DNA of 64,000 bases from the human T2T-CHM13v2.0 reference genome, Homo sapiens. Numbering within the stretch: the first letter of the stretch is position 1; every line of letters begins with the position of its first letter. A program made the translations under genes and the position numbers. The notes below the pieces were generated by a model. The model was not told the origin of the DNA. It was given only the letters and a program-made list of their open reading frames with translations, and searched no databases. The DNA lies in NCBI RefSeq assembly GCF_009914755.1, contig NC_060945.1. The stretch is one strand, 5' to 3'. Of the stretch, positions 60,750-64,000 are shown piece after piece.

Positions 60750-62930
60750 AGACAAACAGAACCAATTGACTCTTAAAGAAATAGAATATTGGAACAGAAG
60801 AGAATGTCACAGAAACCCAAATTCTAAAAGATCCCACATTCGTGCATCCATAAAATGAGAACATGATGCTATATATTAAAAAATCAGAATAAAGAAGTGC
60901 TTTTAAAAATTAAACATATAATCACAGAAATAAATATTTCATTAGAAATCAAGTAAATCTTCCGGAACCAAGGACAAAAATATAAAGAGTTAAAAACTAG
61001 AGAGAACATATTAGGAGATCTCAAGGGTCAATCCAGGAAGTACAATTTTCTACTAATAGGAGTTTAAGAAAGAAGAAAGAAAATGGAAGGGAGGAAGTAT
61101 TTAAAACACGGTGCAAGGATGAGACTTCTGCTTCTGGCCATGATGGAGTAACATGGAGCAGATTTACTCTTTCGCCTTAAACTATAAATAAACAACCAAA
61201 ATAGCACAAAAGATTTAAAATACATATTTTTAGATATTAGACAATAAAAAACTCAGGACAGTAATCCCTAAGAGAAGAGAAACAATTGAGATGATCTCTA
61301 CAATTGCCCAAACTGACTTACTGGAGAGAATTTCTAGGCCTCAGCATAGAGAGAAGGACTCCATATCCCTGTGGGTCGAGGAAACGCAGCTAGGAGTCCA
61401 AGGAGGCCAGGGCAGCTAGATTTCATGGAGTAGAGAACCAGATAAGACAGAGCTTCACACAGAGAAAAAGCTCCAGAGAGCTGCAAAGAGTATTAGGCTA
61501 ATTACTGATCAGACAATGTGTAGTAAGGAAACTTGAGGCCAGGGAAAGAACCACGCTAAAAAAGCAAAGGGATAAATCCCCAGGGTTCATGCTGGGCTGA
61601 AAATAGTTTCCAACCAGCGTGGAAAATCTCATAATTCATGAAGCATCAGGTAGCATACTCAGGGGGCTATTACTTCAATAGTGGGGCAAATGTGCTCTTA
61701 CACCAAACACTTGCCTGATCCTCTCTGACAAAAGCAAGCCTCAAAAGTACCAAACCATTTCCAAGTAGCTTAGCTGGATCCCAGAATAAAACTCAAGCAA
61801 TATTTATAGGAATAAAGAAATATCCAGCACCCAACAATGTAAAATTTATAATGTCTGGCACCCAATAAAAAATTACTAGCCATGAAAAAAGGTAGGAAAA
61901 TACAACCCATAATGAATGAGAGTGTTTTTTAACAAAAAAATTAAACAAATTAAATTCAATAGAGTTTAATTTAGCAAAGAACAATTCATAAATTGGGCAG
62001 CCCCCAGAATAGGTTCAGAGCAACTTCAGGGCTGCCACATGGTCAATAACATTTTTAAACAGAAAAAGGAAAGGGATGTACAGAAAACAGAAGTGAGATA
62101 CAGAAATAGCTGGATTGATCACAGCTGTTTTGTTGCCTTATTGAAGCTGGCTTAAACAGCTGGCCACCTGTGAATGGCCAAAACTCAGCTGCTGTGATTG
62201 GCTGAGACTCCGCTACTTGTTACAAGAGCAAATTACAGTCTGTTTACACATCTAGGTAGGCTACAGTTCATGATGTACAAAGAAGCCTTTAGGCCAGACT
62301 TAAAATATGTAAGGAGGTAGCTTTAGGCTAAATTTAATTTAACAAGAAGAAAAGTAAATCAATAGAAATAGTAGATAGATTTGGTAGACTGGGACATTAA
62401 AACGGTTATTGAAACCATATTTTATATGTTCAAGAAGATGAAAGAAAGCATTAGTATATTAAGGAAAGACATGAAATATATTTTTAAAAGACTAAATCCA
62501 ACTTCTAGAGATGAAGAGTACAATGTCTGAGATGAAAAATATACTGAATTCAGATTAATAGCTGATTAGACACTGTAGAAGAAAAGAGCAGTGATATTGA
62601 AGACATAGTGATAGAAACTATTCAAAATGAAAGACACAGGGGAAAGGACAAGAAAAAATGAAAGAATAGCATCGAACACAACTTTAAGGAGTCTAATAAG
62701 TGTGCATTTTGAAGGAGAGTAAAGCGAGGATAAGAAAAAAATTGAAAGAATGGCCAATAGTTTTCCAAGCTTGATGAAAACTATAAACCCATCGATCCAA
62801 GAAGCTCACCAAACCCCAGCCACAAAAATAATACATGAAAATTTTCTTCAGCTAGACAGACACAAGTCCTCAAATAGAAAGGGTCCACTGAATGGTGTCA
62901 AGCAATCAGGTGTCCAGATAGTATTTAGGA
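60750..62930 (+). mobile_element. Old L1M 5'/ORF1-region fragments
   Basis: Strong A-rich strand bias and ORF1-like remnants (MANSFPSLMKTINPSIQEAHQTP). Confidence 0.65.
61923..62344 (-). mobile_element. MER57-family solo LTR inside the L1M
   Basis: Reverse complement starts TGTTAAATTAAATTTAGCCTAAAGCTACCTCCTTACATATTTTAAGT. Confidence 0.75.
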
Positions 62931-63309
62931 CAATGAGCTGAACTGAAAATAACAATCAAGCCTTTATTAACTGCAAACAAGAAGCAAAAAAGAGGCGGCA
63001 GCACCCCAGTGTTCCTTTTTCCCCTACAGAATGGCCAGGAATGCAGATACGCTTATGAGCAGGGCTGGCCAGAGGTGGTGTGGGAGGTGGGAAAGCTGAG
63101 TCCTTAACCACAAATCCCTCTAGAAAAATGCAGTGCACTGTAGTGCACATGCAAGTCTGGTATGGGGAGGACAGTTTCTCCCCATGAGGCCTGGCAGACA
63201 AAGCTTTGTAATTTCTGTGGTCAGGATTGAAAGATCATGCACAAGATTTTGGGACGGAGCCAGACTCCTCAAATGAGGAGCAGAATCATTAGGGGAATAA
63301 AGGCTCATC

Positions 63310-64000
63310 CTCCTCTTTCCAATACGCTGATAGATATAAAATCTGGATATCAGGAAAGAAATCTAGGCTGAAGACCAATTTGGGAGCCATGAGCATAAAT
63401 GACAGTCAGTGAACTCACAGAAGAGGAAGAGACCACTATAGGAGATGAGAAAAGAAGATGAGCCAGGACAAAGCAGTGAGGGACACTAATATTTAAGTCA
63501 CAAGCAGTGGAGTGGGTTGTCCTGGAGATTGAGAAGAATGGCCAGAAAGACAGATGCAACAGCAAACGAGTATGGAATCATGAGAAAAAGAGCGTGGGGA
63601 ATGATAGATACCAAATGCTATGGAGAAGTCAAGTAAAATCAAGGCTATAAAATGTCTAATAGATCTGAATACTAGAAATTAGCTGATGATCTGGGTGAGA
63701 AGAGAATAAGCAAAACGGGACAGAAAGATAAGCTCAGTGGGCTGAGGAATACATAAGTGAGAAAACAAAGATAGTTGTGGACAAATGTAGACAGATTTGG
63801 CTACGAATAATAACAGGAAGGACGGCTTCTGGAGTGAATGCAGCATATACGCCTTTTTAAATTGGGAGAGACTTGAGAATGTGTAACTGTTAACGAGAAG
63901 AAACTAAAGAGAGGAGATAAAGTCATGAAAAAACGTAAAAATAATCAACGGATAGCCATCCCTATGAAGGGGTGGCTCACGGAAGCAGACAGAGAGATTT
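63310..64000 (-). mobile_element. L2 LINE fragment
   Basis: Antisense L2-like motifs (gaaatctaggctgaagac...tttgggagcc, caaatgctatggagaagtcaagtaa). Confidence 0.55.

Overview
Human chromosome 21q22.11 class II cytokine receptor cluster, genes on the + strand. The window holds the last three coding exons and 3' UTR of IFNAR2 (exon 7 at 1463-1631, transmembrane exon 8 at 9399-9529, and a last exon with two acceptors at 11356 and 11589). It then holds the CpG-island promoter and all seven exons of IL10RB (ATG 15261, stop 45148, 325 aa), followed by about 18 kb of repeat-rich DNA towards IFNAR1, which I do not see in the window. Introns are dense in Alus, solo LTRs (MER41A, MER4, MER21, LTR12F, MaLR, LTR47, MER57), a near full-length Tigger1 nested in Tigger3, and a decayed ERV-L-class provirus. 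Most short ORFs in the track are Alu or repeat read-throughs. I see no new protein-coding gene. The most interesting signal is splice and polyadenylation architecture that could create extra receptor forms: an exact in-frame IFNAR2-IL10RB four-domain chimera, predicted soluble and tail-less IL10RB decoys (one using an LTR-donated poly(A) signal 13 kb downstream), the FAM-derived IFNAR2 short tail whose stop codon lies in the target-site duplication, a poly(A) choice that gates an inverted-Alu duplex in the IFNAR2 3' UTR, and a two-state hairpin in the IL10RB 3' UTR. Repeat subfamily names come from recalled consensus sequences and need RepeatMasker confirmation.
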